NCBI GenBank assembly: GCA_002189035.1
Contig: NEEC01000007.1
Span: 2,976,001 to 3,040,000 of the forward strand
DNA from: Utricularia gibba
Lineage: Eukaryota; Plantae; Magnoliophyta
Reading direction: 5' to 3'
Length of the DNA: 64,000 nucleotides
A program made the translations under genes and the position numbers. This document shows positions 1-13,892 of the stretch, in pieces. Under the pieces are notes generated by a model, which saw only the letters and a list, made by a program, of their open reading frames with translations, did not search any database and was not told the DNA's origin. How positions within the stretch are numbered: position 1 is the stretch's first letter; each line of letters opens with the position of its first letter.

Positions 1-252
1 TTCCTTGTCAGATGATGGGTCTACATAATTCATGTGAAGTGGCTTCCTTGTTTTTTTTTTTTTACATGCTTATATACTTCACTCAACTTGGCAAACAATA
101 TGTAAGAATTGCAGTTTCTTCTTTTTTGGCTAGATATGCTGTCATCTGCAAACTTTTGTAATGCAAAGTTCTTGTCTTTTTCCATCAACCAAGTGCTTTT
201 CAAATTGATAATAAAAATTTCATGTTTTGGCTGGTTTCTTACAATTCTGCAG

Positions 253-2011
253 TTGGGAATGGGAAGTGCACTGGAAACATTGTGTGGGCAAGCATATGGC
301 GCGGGGCAGATAAGAATGTTGGGTATATATATGCAGAGATCATGGGTTATCTTGCTGGTTACATGCCTATTTTTGCTTCCGATATATGTGTTTGCCCCTC
401 CGATACTCTCGTTTTTCGGGGAATCTGATGAGATATCACGAGCTGCTGGTGAGTAAACATGATAACTTGTAAACTTTACCATAGTTAAAATACTCCTGAT
501 CATAATGGTGATGCATTTGCAGGTAAATTCGCCCTTTACATGATACCTCAAATGTTTGCATATGCTTTGAACTTTCCCATTCAGAAGTTCTTGCAATCAC
601 AGAGGAAGCTCATGGCAATGGCTTGGATTTCCCTAGCCGTGCTCATTATCCACATATTCTTCAGCTGGTTGCTTATATTGCGACTTCACTGGGGTTTAAT
701 CGGTGCAGCGATTACGCTTAATGGATCATGGTTTCTCATTGTCCTCTTCCAGCTAATTTACATATTCTACACCAAGTCAGATGGTGCCTGGAATGGATTC
801 TCATGGTTGGCATTCCATGATCTGTGGAGCTTCATTAAACTTTCCTTGGCCTCTGCTGTAATGCTTTGGTAAGATCAAGGCCATGATTTCTTCAGTTTCA
901 TCACCGAGATATGTCTTATAACTTGACAAAATGGCCATGATTGCAGCTTAGAGTTCTGGTACTTGATGGTAATAGTTGTAATTGCTGGCCATCTGGATAA
1001 TCCTGTCATCCCAGTTGATGCCATTTCCATCTGGTATGGTATCCTCCATACTTTTTTCAGTTGCATGCAGTTTTCTCATCACATTAGCAAGCAACCCAAC
1101 TCTGCTACTTTTTTGCAGCATGAACATCAATGGATGGGCTGCAATGATTTCCATTGGATTCAATGCTGCTATAAGGTGAAATTCTACAAACTCTTCTACG
1201 ATGGTGTTCCGGTCTTACTTCCAGCCAACGTTTCCTTGATTGTTTCATGCAAGTCAAATGACTGTCTCCCATCTACAGTGTGCGGGTGGGAAATGAACTG
1301 GGAGCAGGTAATGCAAGAGCTGCAAAGTTCGCCGTGCTGGTAGTTTCCATAACTACCATGCTGATCGCCGTGCTGTGCACCGCGCTCGTGGCCGGAACAA
1401 GGGAGTCATTCCCTTACCTTTTCACGAACAGCGATGCCGTGGCAGCAGAGACGACACGACTGGCTTATCTTCTGGCGATCACAATTCTCATCAACGGGCT
1501 TCAGCCTGTGTTATCAGGTATGCATTTCTTTCTCTTGTCGCAGAGTCCTTGAACCAGAAACCCTAATCATGAGCCGTTGACTGTCTCAGGAGTTGCTGTG
1601 GGAGCCGGCTGGCAGGCCGTCGTCGCGTACATCAACATTGGATGCTACTACGCGTTTGGTCTTCCCCTTGGCATTGTCCTTGGATTCGTCGTGAAGTTCG
1701 GGGCAGAGGTGAACCGTTGAAAAGCAGTGCCCTGAATATCAGGAGAAAACATCTCATTCTACGTGTCTTCTCCGTGCAGGGCATTTGGGGCGGAATGATC
1801 GGAGGAGTTGCGCTGCAGACGGTGATCTTGATCACAATCGTTGCGACCCGAAACTGGACAAAAGAAGTTGGTTCTTCCTTTCCACTGTTCGATCAGCGTT
1901 TCACAATGGATATTTGCCGGCGCAGCTCACTGTTTCCTTTGAAATATGCAGGCGCAGGAGGCGGAGAGCCGCGTAAAGAAATGGGGAGGAGCCATTGCAG
2001 AGCACTCCTGA
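253..2011 (+). CDS. DTX33: MATE (DETOXIFICATION) efflux transporter, DTX33-like; 5' part lies upstream of the window. Exons 253-448, 523-868, 947-1033, 1119-1175, 1279-1517, 1590-1708, 1780-1866, 1952-2011
   Basis: GT-AG bounded exons splice in frame to [31 protein letters not shown]...[21 protein letters not shown]...LEFWY...[12 protein letters not shown]...[27 protein letters not shown]...GIWGGMIGG...ESRVKKWGG; stop TGA 2009-2011. Confidence 0.93.
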
Positions 2012-2748
2012 GAATTGACCGGCATCTTCTCCGAGATGTCGTCATCGCTCTTCTTTTTGCTCAGGAATTTTCCCAAATTGCGACGAATTGCTTTCCATTT
2101 TTACAACTCCTCCTGAAGCATCAAATGTACGGCACCGTTTCTTTTAAGAGCAATTGGGTCCTTTACCACAATTTATGTGGGCCGCCAATTAGTTACAAGG
2201 CCATGATAATTAATGTAGCAGCTATGCATTTAGCCTCGTCTCAAGCCCGTATTCGGCCCTGCTAGAAAACCGCTGTGAACTGTCGTCTAAAATCAAAATG
2301 GAAAAATGGCATTAATGATCAACTGTTAAACTTAATTATGCTAGTACACTTAATTATTTGACATAAATGACGTATTAATCCAAAACTTTGAATATCGAGC
2401 AAATTAGTTCTTAAAGTATCAAATGGTTGATAGTATTAATCTACATTACTTATATATTAGATATATGTTGTATCTATTGTTGAGAGCTAAACACCATTAG
2501 TTCCCAGTATTTGAATACTACTTAGCATAGCTAATCCTCAAATCAAGTTAACATCAAAGTTCCCAATGTTTAGATCTTTGGCATAATTGATCCATTTTTT
2601 TGATTAACAAAAAATGGTGGTGTCGATTGAAACCTGAATCAGGGGATGGTATTGAAAAACTGCTTCATGAAAAAATAAAAAAAAATTGGGTATGATATAT
2701 TACCGAAGCAGATGATGTAACAACTGAAGGTATTTAACTTGCCAGTCT

Positions 2749-5266
2749 TCACCAATAGCCTTTGCAGGAGCATGATCCATCTTTGAAATGATGAAAACGG
2801 CTTGAGTCCCTGAGTATAACTTCATGGTCTATGATCCTCGAAATGAAAGTGATGGCTGTGTGGCAATCACCGCAGACGCGCAAGTTCTTGGTGATCCTGA
2901 TGGGTACTCCTGGAGCTGTAGTCAGGATGCCGTAAGCCAGAGCGAGCTTCTCACTGTGCTCTAATAGAAGATCTCCTTTCTCCTCATCATCAACATCGTG
3001 AAGAGCAAATTCAGTCTCAGGTGTGTACCCCATGATCTTGATGCGGTTTATCAGATCATCCAGGAGATCATGTATCTGTGCAGACATTGGATGAGACTTG
3101 TCACCAACGTAAAATGTGGCTGTCCCTTTTCTGCCTTGGACCCAACTGCAACCTGGTCTCTTCCTGATCCCTGAATGCTTCATCAACAACCGGGTTCTCG
3201 CAACATCTTTCCAGCGACGAGCGCGGGCATAGATGTTGGACAGAAGTGTATACAAGCCATCATTCTCAAAGTTCAAATCTAGCAACTTGTTGACTGCTAG
3301 CTCCCCAAGCTCTACATTCCCATGGAGCCTGCAGCCACTGAGGAGTGTCACCCATATTATGGCGTTTGGCTCCATTGGCATGTCCTGGATGAGCTTCATC
3401 ACATCATTCAACCGACCAGCACGCCCCAACAGATCAGCCATACAAGCATAGTGCTCAACTTGTGGAACGACGCCAAAATCTCTGGTCATGTTGTTGAAGA
3501 AATTCATACCTTCATCAATCATCCCAGAATGGCTACATGCATACAGAACAACAACAAATGTGACTGCATCAACTGGGAGGCCAGCAGCAAGCATCTCCTT
3601 AAAAATACGCAATGCCTCCTCACCACGACCATGGAGTCCATACCCAGTCATCATGGATGTCCACGAGATAACATTCTTCTGCTTCATGTTATCGAATACA
3701 TCTCGGGCTATATCCACCGCCCCAGATTTCGTGTACATGTCTATTAAGCAGTTTGAGATGAACTGCGCAGCCTCCTCGTAACAATGGCGCAAAAAAAAAG
3801 CATGGATCTCTTTTCCGTGCCTCAGGGCGCCAAGCCTGGCACAAGCCACAAGAGCACAAGAAAGAGTGAATCCGTTTGGCATCACTCTGTCATTTACCAT
3901 ATCGGTGAAAAGAATCAGGGCATCATTGGAGTCTCCATGTTGGGCATAGCCTCCAATCATTACTGTCCAAGTTACTACACTTCTCAAATTCCTTTCAATG
4001 GAGTCAAACATGGAACGGGCCACTCTGAAATTTTTACATTTTGCGTACATGTCTATTAAGCCATTGATTACCATGCTTTCATCCCCAAGATCATTCTCAA
4101 CCAAATTTAGGAATTGCTTGATGACGCGACAATGCGTTTCTTTACCTTGAGGCAATGCACCAACCGCTGCACACCCAGATAGTACTGAAATGAAGGTCAC
4201 CGAATTAGGTAGAGATCCGGAGATTATCATTTCCCTGAATACATCCAGTGCCTGGTATCCAAGCCCCCTTTGAGCATAGCTAGAGATTACGGCGCTCCAT
4301 GTTACCACATTCAGTGCAATGTTGTTCATTCTCATGTTCTCGAACAATCTTAGGGCATCTTCAAATCTCCCAATCTGGGAGTAGCCAGTAACTAGGGCAT
4401 TCCAAGAGACGACATCCTTGGTCTCCATTCTGTCAAACACATTGCGTGCCTCGACCAATAATCCACATTTTGCATACATGTCAACCACAGCATTCCCACG
4501 AACATATCTTCGAGTAAACCCCTCCTTGTTGCATACCCATGAATCTCCTTACCGCTTCTCCAACCCCTGAATGAAGCACAAGCTGGAAGTATGTTCACCA
4601 AGCTAACTGCATCCGCCCGCAAATCCAAATCACATTTAAAAGTCATCTCTTGGAACATATGAAGTGCTCTTCTGCCATCTCCTACATAAACATAAACAGA
4701 TATGATGGAGTTCCAGGAAATTATATCGAAGACACCCACCTCCAACATTTCATCAAACAGTTGCCGGGCTTTGTCATACTCCCCACACCGCCCGTACATA
4801 GCAATCGCGGCATTGCCAACGAACACATTGGAGTTCGTATAACCAGACACAAGAGCCAACGTGTGAACTGCAGCCCCAACACGCATTAAAGAAGTATCGC
4901 CGCACGCCTTGAAAACGAATGGATACGTGTATCCATCAGGTAACCAATCAAGCCTCCGCATTTCATCAAAAAGGTGGAGGGCCTTCAATTGTTCCCCGAC
5001 ATAACGTACCATTTGATGAGATTGTTCCAGTAAAAAACAAAGGCTTGTGAGGGCGGGATACGTCGGAGGAGAGACACCGCGTCGGACTGCCGGTTGGGCA
5101 TGTATTGGGAGAGTGCTCGAGCAACATCGTTCTCCCCAGTGCCCGTACCTCGTCCATGAACATGAACCCCCTGGGCTGCCGCCGAAGAGAAACATGGGTG
5201 GATTTTAAATGGGCGAAGAGTCTTCCGACGGCAGTGCAACCAGTGTTTAGGAGGGAAGCACAGCAT
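2749..5266 (-). CDS. PLS-class pentatricopeptide repeat protein with E/E+/DYW domains (At5g16860-like), intronless; two apparent 1-bp frameshifts at about 4988 and 4496
   Basis: PPR repeats (DVVSWNALVTGY, NVVTWSAVIS), HSEKLA, KNLRVCGDCH and CSCKGYW C-terminus. The three ORF pieces (4985-5266, 4392-5195, 2749-4488) join into one protein if one base is restored in AA at 4987-4988 and in CCC at 4495-4497. Confidence 0.92.
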
Positions 5267-5402
5267 TCGGCTTCGGCGAGCTTCATATCATGACTCAGCT
5301 AATCTCTTGTTGTCGAGAGTGGAGCGATACAATAGATTCTGGTGATATCAAAATTGTGAAGCATTTGGGTTTCACAATGAATTAATATGGCATCAGGTCA
5401 TG

Positions 5403-5737
5403 GTTATTATGTGCAAAAGTTTGCGAACCACTAACAGTTGTTTGCGTTCAAAAATTAATTGGGATTGAAGACAAAAACGCATATGAGCTAGGTTTACATG
5501 CTAAAATGTCTTAGAACCTATGATGAGTTCTTAAGATACAAATAATAGAGGTTTCAAAAAAAAAACTTCTTTTATTATAAAATAATATTTTTTTTATATC
5601 TTTGACATTAGCTTTAGGAGGCTTCCTCAAATAAACTAGTAATTATTGTTACTTCTTTTCAACTTGGCTCCTGGATCTCTTCGACTCTTGCTTAGATGTT
5701 GTCTCCAACTCATCATGCGATGAATAATTTCCCATCA
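5403..5737 (-). repeat. 3' LTR of the old chromovirus
   Basis: Colinear by eye with 20496-20815 (roughly three-quarters identical); ends ...CCCATCA (TGATGGG on minus), downstream of the chromodomain remnant. Confidence 0.7.
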
Positions 5738-5769
5738 CGCCTCACCATACTTCTGCTGAATTGAAGAAA

Positions 5770-7100
5770 TCTAGGTATCTTTCCTTCATGGTAGCTAAGT
5801 TTCCCAAGTAGCTTTTGCTGGTTCTTGTAGTGCACTAATATCTCTATGTTAAAAGAAGATATTTTGAGCTCGAAAACAGCTTAAGGTTGTATCTCAACTT
5901 CCTGTAAATTGTCCAGAATGAGTTTCACCTCCTGCGGATTCCCTTTACCCTACTTGAGTTTACTCACATGAAAAACAGGGTGCAATTGGATTCCAAAAAA
6001 AATTTCCAGTTTATAAGCCAAACTCACCAATGCATCTTGATCCTTAAGCTTTATATCAACTCCTACAACTTTTACTCCTCCTTCATAATGTAATAAAGTG
6101 GGGGTGGTCTTCCATATACCAATTCAAAAGGAGAAAATCAAATATTGGTATGGTAACTAGTGTTGTAAGCATATTCCACCCACCTAACCAATCATTCCAT
6201 TGATGACGGCAATCTCATGTTAAGCATCTGAGGTAAGTTTCAAGTGTCTTGTTCATCCTCTCAATCTGAGCATCCACCTAAGGATGATAAGCCTTAGTGA
6301 AGCAAAACTTACTTCTTGAAAGTTCGAACAGTTCTTTACGAAAAAAACTTGTAGATATAGGGTCACGATCACTGGTAATTGCTTCTGGTAACCCATGAAG
6401 TTTAAACACATGATCAAAGAAAAGCTTGACTATTGTGGTTGTCATATAAGGATGTTTTAGGGGAATAAAGTGAGCATACTTATTAAGCCAATCCACCACT
6501 ACTAAAATCACATCTTTTTTCCTTTAGAAAACAGTAATCCTTCCAAAAAATCAAGTGAGAGATTTCAACCCAAATGTGTTCATGTATCTGCAAAGGTTGC
6601 AAAAGTCCACTAGGATGTAGCTGATGTGTTTTATTCCTTTGACATGTCATACAATTTACCACAAAAATTTGAATCTCTTCGATCATACCCTTCTAGAAAA
6701 AATCAATTTGAATTCTATGGATAGTTTTTTGACTTCCTTCATAAAGTGAATAATGTATAGCTTTCATAATTCTTTTTGGGAGATCAGATTTTGCATCAAC
6801 AAAAACTTGATTTTTGTATAATATCAAGCCATTTGAAACTGTCCATACAGATGACTTTATTCCTTCCTGAATTTTAGTTAATAATTCTTGCATAAAAGAC
6901 ATGATACTAATATAATCACATAAGGGAATTTGAGGCATTGAAATTGTAGTCAACTCAAGTTGAGGATCAAGATCCATGCACAAAAGTGTTTTATCTTTCT
7001 TTATACATAATTTGGAAATCATTAATAAGTAGCTTACTCAACCATTTTTGCTAAAAAGGAGTAGCAACATTTTTTTGCAAAAGATACTAAAGACTGATGA
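5770..7100 (-). pseudogene. Degenerate RNase H end, integrase and chromodomain of the old gypsy element
   Basis: DHQSL...QKWLSKLL; CMTCQRNK...PSGLLQPL; VVDWLNKYAHFIPLKHPY...LHGLPEAITSDRDP; HPVFHVSKLK; many stops and frameshifts. Confidence 0.85.
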
Positions 7101-7109
7101 TTTCCAAAA

Positions 7110-8235
7110 TGAGTAATATTATATTATTAAATTAGTGCTTTATTATATATTTCTGTATTTTCATCATTAAGAATGAGATTTAGTTTTAACATTTGTCCTA
7201 ATTACTTTCTTTGAGCAATCTATCACATTTCGAGCTATACAAATCTCAATAAATTGAAAATGTACAATATAGACAACATGAAAAGAGGACAAAAGAGAGA
7301 AAAGAGAATCATCAAATCTCAAGAAAACAAAAAAATAGATTTATGGAAATAATGAATAAAGAGAAAGGAGATCTCCCTATTAAAAAACATACAACACAAT
7401 TATGTGAGAGGAGGAGGGTGGGGGGGGGGGGAGATTTGGAAAAAAACTCACAAGAAGAAATGAAGAAGATGAACCAAGAATCAAGTATTCTTTTGAAAAT
7501 TTCTTTTGATTATGAAGAATATTACTCCTAATTAAGAATAGTTTTAGTTTTTTCGTGCAAACTGTTTACGATTTTAGTTACAACTTAGGTTATTGCTTTT
7601 TTTCTTGCTGTTATGTTGTGGAATGAAAATGATGTTCATGTTATATTATAAAAGCATTTTATCTTTCCTTAAGATGAATAGCTAAGTACCTAGGGGTGCC
7701 TTAAGATCAATGAGAGAATATTATGCAAATCATTCTTTTGATCTTGTTTAATATAAATCATATCACTTCCTTAACAAATTAGGATAGATCTAGAAGGGGG
7801 AGGTAGTGACACACTCATCTTGAACATTCCTAATTAGAGATAGAATAAAAATTAGGAAAAAACAATAGTTTGGATAAACCTAAACTTTTACTTGTTAGAT
7901 ACATGATTTATGGTTAATGTAAGGTTATTTTAGTGATGAGCATGCGGCTCCTAGAAGTCCTAAGGTATCACCTTGATTAATTTTAGATAAAAACTTGCTT
8001 TTACCCATTTATTGCCTTTTTACATATTATTGTGAAACTGTTAGTTCTAACTTAAACTAAATCCTTCAACCACAACATACATTGAATGCATTGATTTTCA
8101 CATAACAAACACCAGTTCCTTGTGTTCGACCCTAATCACTATGCTAATAATTGTTCCATAATTGAGTGTGCATTAGGTTAATAAATTTTATTTGAGTGTG
8201 TATGTTCACGACGTGTGCAAAATTTTCGTTTATCA
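7110..8235 (+). mobile_element. Probable Athila-like solo LTR inserted into the old element's RNase H
   Basis: About 1.1 kb non-coding block between RNase H codons ...YLWGR (8237) and ...HQSL (about 7100). It ends TTCCTTGTGTTCGACCCT...GTGCA...TTTATCA, resembling Athila-type LTR 3' ends. Left edge and TSD not resolved. Confidence 0.55.
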
Positions 8236-9830
8236 ACGACCCCACAAATATTGCTTCCAATGTTTAATAGCATAGACCATGGCAACAAGCTCGTTTTTTG
8301 TAAGTTGCTAAATATTTGTGACAACTTTTTCACACCTTACTGTAATTGGCAATTAGATGATAATCTTAATGTAAGACAGTGTTTAATCCAATGGAAATCA
8401 TCCTCTTTAAGCATTGATGCCAATGGTGCTGCAATACCACTAAAGTGAGCAATGAAGCATCAATGTTAATAGTGCTATGCTAAAAAATCCCCATAATTCC
8501 TTAATATTCCTCAGTTTTGGTCAATTTTTAATGGTTAGAATTTTTTTCTTCATCAACACTAATACTATTCCAGCCTATAAAATGACCCAGATAACCAATT
8601 TGTCTTCAACTAAACTGTCACTTAGAAGCTTTCATTGACAACTTGTTCTCAAACATTAAACTAAAAACAGTTTGTGCTTCAAGTGTTCTTCCACATACAA
8701 GATTGGCTATATACAAGAATATTATCAAAAAATACCAGAACAAAGTTTTGGAGATATGGCTGAAAGATAGTGCTTATTAACCTCTGAAAAGATGCGGGAG
8801 CATTGTTAAGACCAAAGCGCATAACCAAAAACTCTAAGTGACCTTCCATTTGAAAAACTCTAAGTGACCAAAAACTCAACTGATAATACCCTGCTTTAAG
8901 GCCTAGCTTGGAAATTGAGCTTTGATCATAATATTATTTATTGCACAATAATCAATACATAATCATTAACCTTCATCTTTTTTTTAACCAATAAAATAGT
9001 GGTAGAGAATGGAGAATTACTAGACCTAATCCACTCTTTTTTTAATAGTTCTTGCAATTGATTGTCTATTTCAGAATGTAAAAAGTGGGGGTATCTGTAA
9101 AGCCTCTTGGCTGTTGGATTTGCTCTAGCTACCAGATGGATCTGATGATCATAGACACATTTTGGTAGTATTTTTATAGGGTCCTCAAATAATTTCTAAA
9201 ATGAAATCATTAGACCTGCAAAAACTTTTTCCCATACTCCCAACTTGATTGTTGCCTTCAATTTCACATTATACACAATATTTGATTATACTACATGGTG
9301 CCCCAAGACATGGAAGTAACTTTTGCTTTTCAAAATGAAATTTTAGGGATATCAAAATCCCAAGTGATCAGTCCCAATAATTTGAGCCAATCATAACCAA
9401 GAATCCATCAAAATTACCTAACATGAACACATATAATGTATGTTTGCACACATAAGGCCCCACATTGATATCAGTTTGATCACAATACCTAGGGCAATTG
9501 ATTGAAGCTCCATGGCCATTACAGCCCTTAATCTCTTCCTTGGAGTAATAGTGAGATCTGAATTATTGAGCAATTCTCATGTAAGAAGCTGTGGGAACTC
9601 CCAAAGTCTAATAAAAAGAAATATTGATAGATGGCTTTAACTCCAGTTTCTTTTCTTGAATTGAAGAAATTTTATCCTTTTACTTCTTTGTAGGTTTGAA
9701 ATATGAAAATGGTTTATTTCCTACTTCACTCTCACCATGTGGAAACATTAGTGACAAATTCATGGCATCCATAGTATCAATCGAGTTTTGTAAAGCTACT
9801 TGATTGTTAAGATCCATTGGCAACCTTTTG
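8236..9830 (-). pseudogene. Degenerate gag end, protease, RT and RNase H of the old gypsy element
   Basis: LLDFGSSHSF, WLKLLGLITWDF, EFLVMRFGLNNAPASFQRL, FFDNILVYS, ELVAMVYAIKHW motifs. Confidence 0.8.
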
Positions 9831-9835
9831 GGGTA

Positions 9836-10365
9836 TCTTATGAGTGAAATTGTTATCGGGTGGGAAGCCGATTTAAGATGATATGTGCGATCGGGAATGC
9901 CACACTTAGTCACGTTCTTCACGGTTGATACGATTGAAATAAGAGTGAGCAAGGATTTTTTACGTGGAAACCGCCGGAAAGCGGAAAAACCACGGAGCTG
10001 CCGGAGCTCACCGGAAAAGATCTTCACTAGATGGAGGTCGCGAAGAGGAGAATACAAATTGAAGAAATATTTTCTTGTCCAACCCACTTTTAGTCGTAAT
10101 TCCTTCTATTTATAGGAGAGCTCAACCTGACCGAATCCTGACATCTGCGAATGTCGGTTGCTTCCTGCATCTGCTATACGATCTCGCTTTTCAGATATCG
10201 GCCGCCTGTTATGCCGTAATTCGGCCGCTTTTCAGACTATGTCGTATGGCTACTCCTGTCAGATTTCTGATAGATATCGATCTGCTGATTGGCATTATCC
10301 CTCAGGATCTCTTTTGGCAGCCTTTTAGGAAAACCGATTACCCTTGACCGATTTTTCCCCTATCA
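9836..10365 (-). repeat. 3' LTR of the Retand-like element (530 bp)
   Basis: Direct match to 19410-19897; retains TATAAATAG on the minus strand at about 10106-10114; adjacent PPT. Confidence 0.95.
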
Positions 10366-10377
10366 TTCAGCCCCTCT
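10366..10377 (-). other. Polypurine tract
   Basis: AGAGGGGCTGAA on the minus strand immediately before the 3' LTR start (TGATAGGGG...). Confidence 0.8.
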
Positions 10378-10571
10378 GATTCGCCGATATTAGCCCTTTT
10401 CGGGGTAAATCGGGGATCAGAACTACTACAATACCGATTTTTGAGCTGCCGCTTCCCCGAATAAGCCACATGCCGTTCTCTGCCACGTCGGCTCATTGGC
10501 ATGCCACGTTTTTTCCCGCTCATTATGGGTACCTCAAACGTCACGACGCTTCGTCTCCCTAACCTTTCCCG

Positions 10572-10579
10572 TATAAATA
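10572..10579 (+). promoter_or_regulatory. Putative TATA box of the antisense accessory gene
   Basis: TATAAATA followed by a pyrimidine-rich leader and a candidate 5'UTR intron (10709-10814) before ATG 10835. Confidence 0.5.
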
Positions 10580-10834
10580 AGCACCCTTCGCGTCAGTTCT
10601 TTCTTTTGCCCTCTCTGTTGCCTGCAAGAGTTTTGTGCCCTCCGTGCTCCGTCACACTCGTCCGCCGCTCAATCTCGCGATATCCGTTGGAAACCGCCAA
10701 TTTTCCAGGTATCATTCGGTTCTTCGTCTTTTCCGTTCGGTCTTCTGGGATTTTTGACGGGTCCCCCTTGTCATTCTAAGTCCTTCCCCCTTCCTGACTC
10801 CTGCCTCGTTCTAGGGTTTTGGGCTTCTTTGAAA

Positions 10835-13071
10835 ATGGGTAGGAGATCTAGTGAACTAAACATCCCCTCTCTTCGCATTCGGTACTCGATCCCTGATGAG
10901 TACCAGCTTTCTCATGCTCGGGACACTGAAATCCCTTGAGGGGTAGGTGAGGACCCCCTGCCTCCGTTCAGTCTTCCAATTCCGGTTGCCTATTTCGAAA
11001 GCGGTTTACACTTCCCTCTTCACCCTTTAATAGTCCGTATTCTCTATACCTTTGCAATCCCGATTTACTGCCTCGCCCCGAATTCCATATTCTGCTTTAC
11101 CACTTTCCTTTTCTATTCGGCCGGTATGGATCCGGTTATGACTCTGGTAGACTCATGTCATCTCTTCAAGATAGCCGTTCGTAAAGCCAAGTCCCCGATG
11201 GATGGCCGATCTCATTTTCAATTCCACCGATTCGAAGATAACCCCAACTTTGTTGTTAAAGCCCCCGATACCCACCATGATTGGTGGTCTTCTTTCGTTT
11301 GGATAGCTCCCCCTTTGGGTTTTCGATGGAACTTCCCAATCGATCCCCCAACTCCTTTCAGGATCAAGATCTTTGATGCGTATCGTTCTTCTTCCGAATC
11401 TCGCGAAGTCCTTTATGAGAGGCTTAGTCGAGGCTCAGTTCGGTATGAGTCTCGTGCCTTGATGTTCTCGGGTGAGTCGTTGAAAAGATTAGGTATTATC
11501 GGTCGTTCTCGAGACCTCCATTGGCCCGATATCATTCCTTTCGACGACACCGATTCGAGAAGCCTTCGTCTTAGCCCCTCTTCATCCTTCCCTCTTGTTT
11601 CGGCTTCACCTCCGATCCCCACCTGTTCAAACCGGGGCCCCCAAGAAAAAGAAGAGGGTTAAGGCAGTTGTGCACAAACCCTCAAAGAGGCAAAGAGGTA
11701 GTCGGGTTCAACTTTCCCGAGTCTCAGAATCGGAACTATGCCTTATTACTTTTCCTACTTTCGTTTTCAGCTGAAGAGATGGGCTCGAAGAAGCTCTCTG
11801 GAAGATTCGGTGATGGCGCGGTTCTCTGCCGAGATGCAGAGGATGCAGGAACCCGAGGAGCCCTCCCCTGCACCAGTCTGTCTCCTATTTAACAGTTACC
11901 GCGAATTCCCGATTATAACCTTTTTTCGGTTTTTCTTTCAAGCTGATATGATTGGAGCTCAGCTGGATGCCGTTGATCCTTCCTCGGTGGAAGATCAAGT
12001 AGTAGAAGTCTCCGAGATCCGAGAGTTGACTCCCCGTCCTTCAGCCGGGAAAGGGAAAGAGAAACTTCCTCCATCACCCGATCTCAGCGATACTCCCATT
12101 CTTGATGCAAGATTCTTTTCGGCTGGTGCTTCAACATCGGCTCCTCCAATCGAGTTACAGAGGGATTCTGCCCTCGTAGAAGTAAGGGACAACCCGGTGC
12201 TTCCTCTACCCTCAATTCCAGCTGAACTAAGGGGAATCCTGGATGGAGCTATGTCTAGTACCTCGGATGTTCGGCCGAAGACAGTACTTGAAGGGATCTG
12301 GCAGGTACGTATCTCGTTTCCTCTTCTAAATTCTAAGTAGTCGGTCTTTGACTTGGAATATTCTTTCAGGCATTGACTCTTGGGTGGGGAATGATTAGAG
12401 AGATTGGTTCTCAATCGGAGGCAGTCTCTCGGCTTCAAGCCCAGGTTGTGGCTCAGAACGCCCAGATAAAGTTGTTGGAGGAGGAGGGGAGTTCGCTGAA
12501 GACCGTTTTAGGGAAATGCAGTCGCCAAGAGGAAGAACTGCGGAATGTGATCGAGGAAATGAGAAAGGCGGTTGACGATGCTAAATCGGAGAGAGAGGGC
12601 TTCAAAGTCCGATTTGAAGAGGCAGAAGCGGACTTAGAGAATGTCAGGGGCCGCATTTCAGCACTGGAGGCCGAATTATTTGATCGAGAAGCATCTCGGC
12701 AGGGTCTTCTGGATGACTTTGTCAACTCGGCTTGTTTTTCCGAACTCTCCGATATCTATGCAGGAGATTTAATCGGATTACTTCTATACCGTCAGAGACG
12801 ATAGTTCAGCCGGGAATTTGGGCTTTCAATCATGGATCCGCGCTTCGACACGATAAACCCCTTGACGAAGGATGAGAACATGCTTGATGTTATCGCGGAT
12901 ACTTTCCAGGCCCCGGAGTTCGGGTTTGAAGCTGATCGAGAGCGGCTGATTGCGCTAATTCGGGCGAGGATAGGGCGAGAGAATGACGCCAAGTTAAGGG
13001 CCAGGATGGAGCGACATACCGGTTCCTCTACCAATCCTCCCATTAATCCCCCATCTCCTCCAGCACTTTAG
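10835..13071 (+). pseudogene. Antisense accessory gene of the Retand element: TRP28/Transposase_28 (PF04195)-like N-terminus, basic NLS-like patch, low-complexity linker and coiled coil; spliced
   Basis: LRIRYSIP...YFESGLHFPLHPLI...LAPNSI...WWSSFVWI; introns 11698-11770 and 12305-12369 restore frame; coiled-coil ORF 12373-12804; in-frame stops at 10937 and 12802; C-run frameshift at about 11640. Confidence 0.78.
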
Positions 13072-13892
13072 TGACTTTTTTTAACTTGATGTGTTTTCCC
13101 CCTTCTGTGGGGCTTCTCGAACATTTTTGATATCCCGATTTGGGATTTCCTTTTGATTTGCTCCACTTTTTTGCGTATCATTTCTGCCTTTGATGATATC
13201 ACATTTCGGGGGAAGCCCCGAGTTGGTTTGTTATGTCTATCACGTGTTTAGGCTTGGAAAGTTCGCCTACGCTTTTGTGATCCGGGGGTGGGAGTCTTTT
13301 CGCCAACCCTTTGGTTGGGTTTTTTGATTTTTGTTTGCCTTAGTATTTCTTCATGCGTGCTGAACCGTTGCTAAGGAAGTAGGTCGGAACCCCTCATGGG
13401 TTGAGCGACTTCCCCAATTTGGAAGGGCCCTCTTCTGGCCGAACCCCATTGTTTTGAACATGGGTGGATTTGCTTTGGGTGCACTTGTCGTCTCGAGATT
13501 TCGACGATAAAGTCAATACTTAAGAGCTTTTTGGGGCTTACGCGTGCGGTTTACAGGAACCAGTGCCCGAATTATACGAGGGCTTATTCTTGCCACCGAC
13601 TTATGCCTGGGTTTTGGGAGATCACATGTACATACATCGGGGGAGATCCCGAGTTGATTTGTTGTATCCCGCAGGGGGTGCCGATTTAGGGGATTTACCT
13701 GGGTTCGCGTTGCTTGGCCAGGGCTTGTGGTTTAGATCTTTAAGGGTCTGCCTGGGCTTACGCGACTCGGCCAGGGCTTATGGTTTCGTTTACTCATCTC
13801 CACTCTGGAGGAATTTACAGGCGCTTGAGTGTTTTGAGGGAGAGAATACCGGATTCTGCGCAATCCTATGATGGAGATTGTCATTGAGCCAG

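Noticed and set aside
30-596. 188-aa minus-strand ORF and many other antisense or alternate-frame ORFs in the track (e.g. 3322-3747, 17858-18454, 23284-23832, 42078-42398)
   Set aside because: Shadow frames of real genes or TE ORFs, with no recognisable motifs
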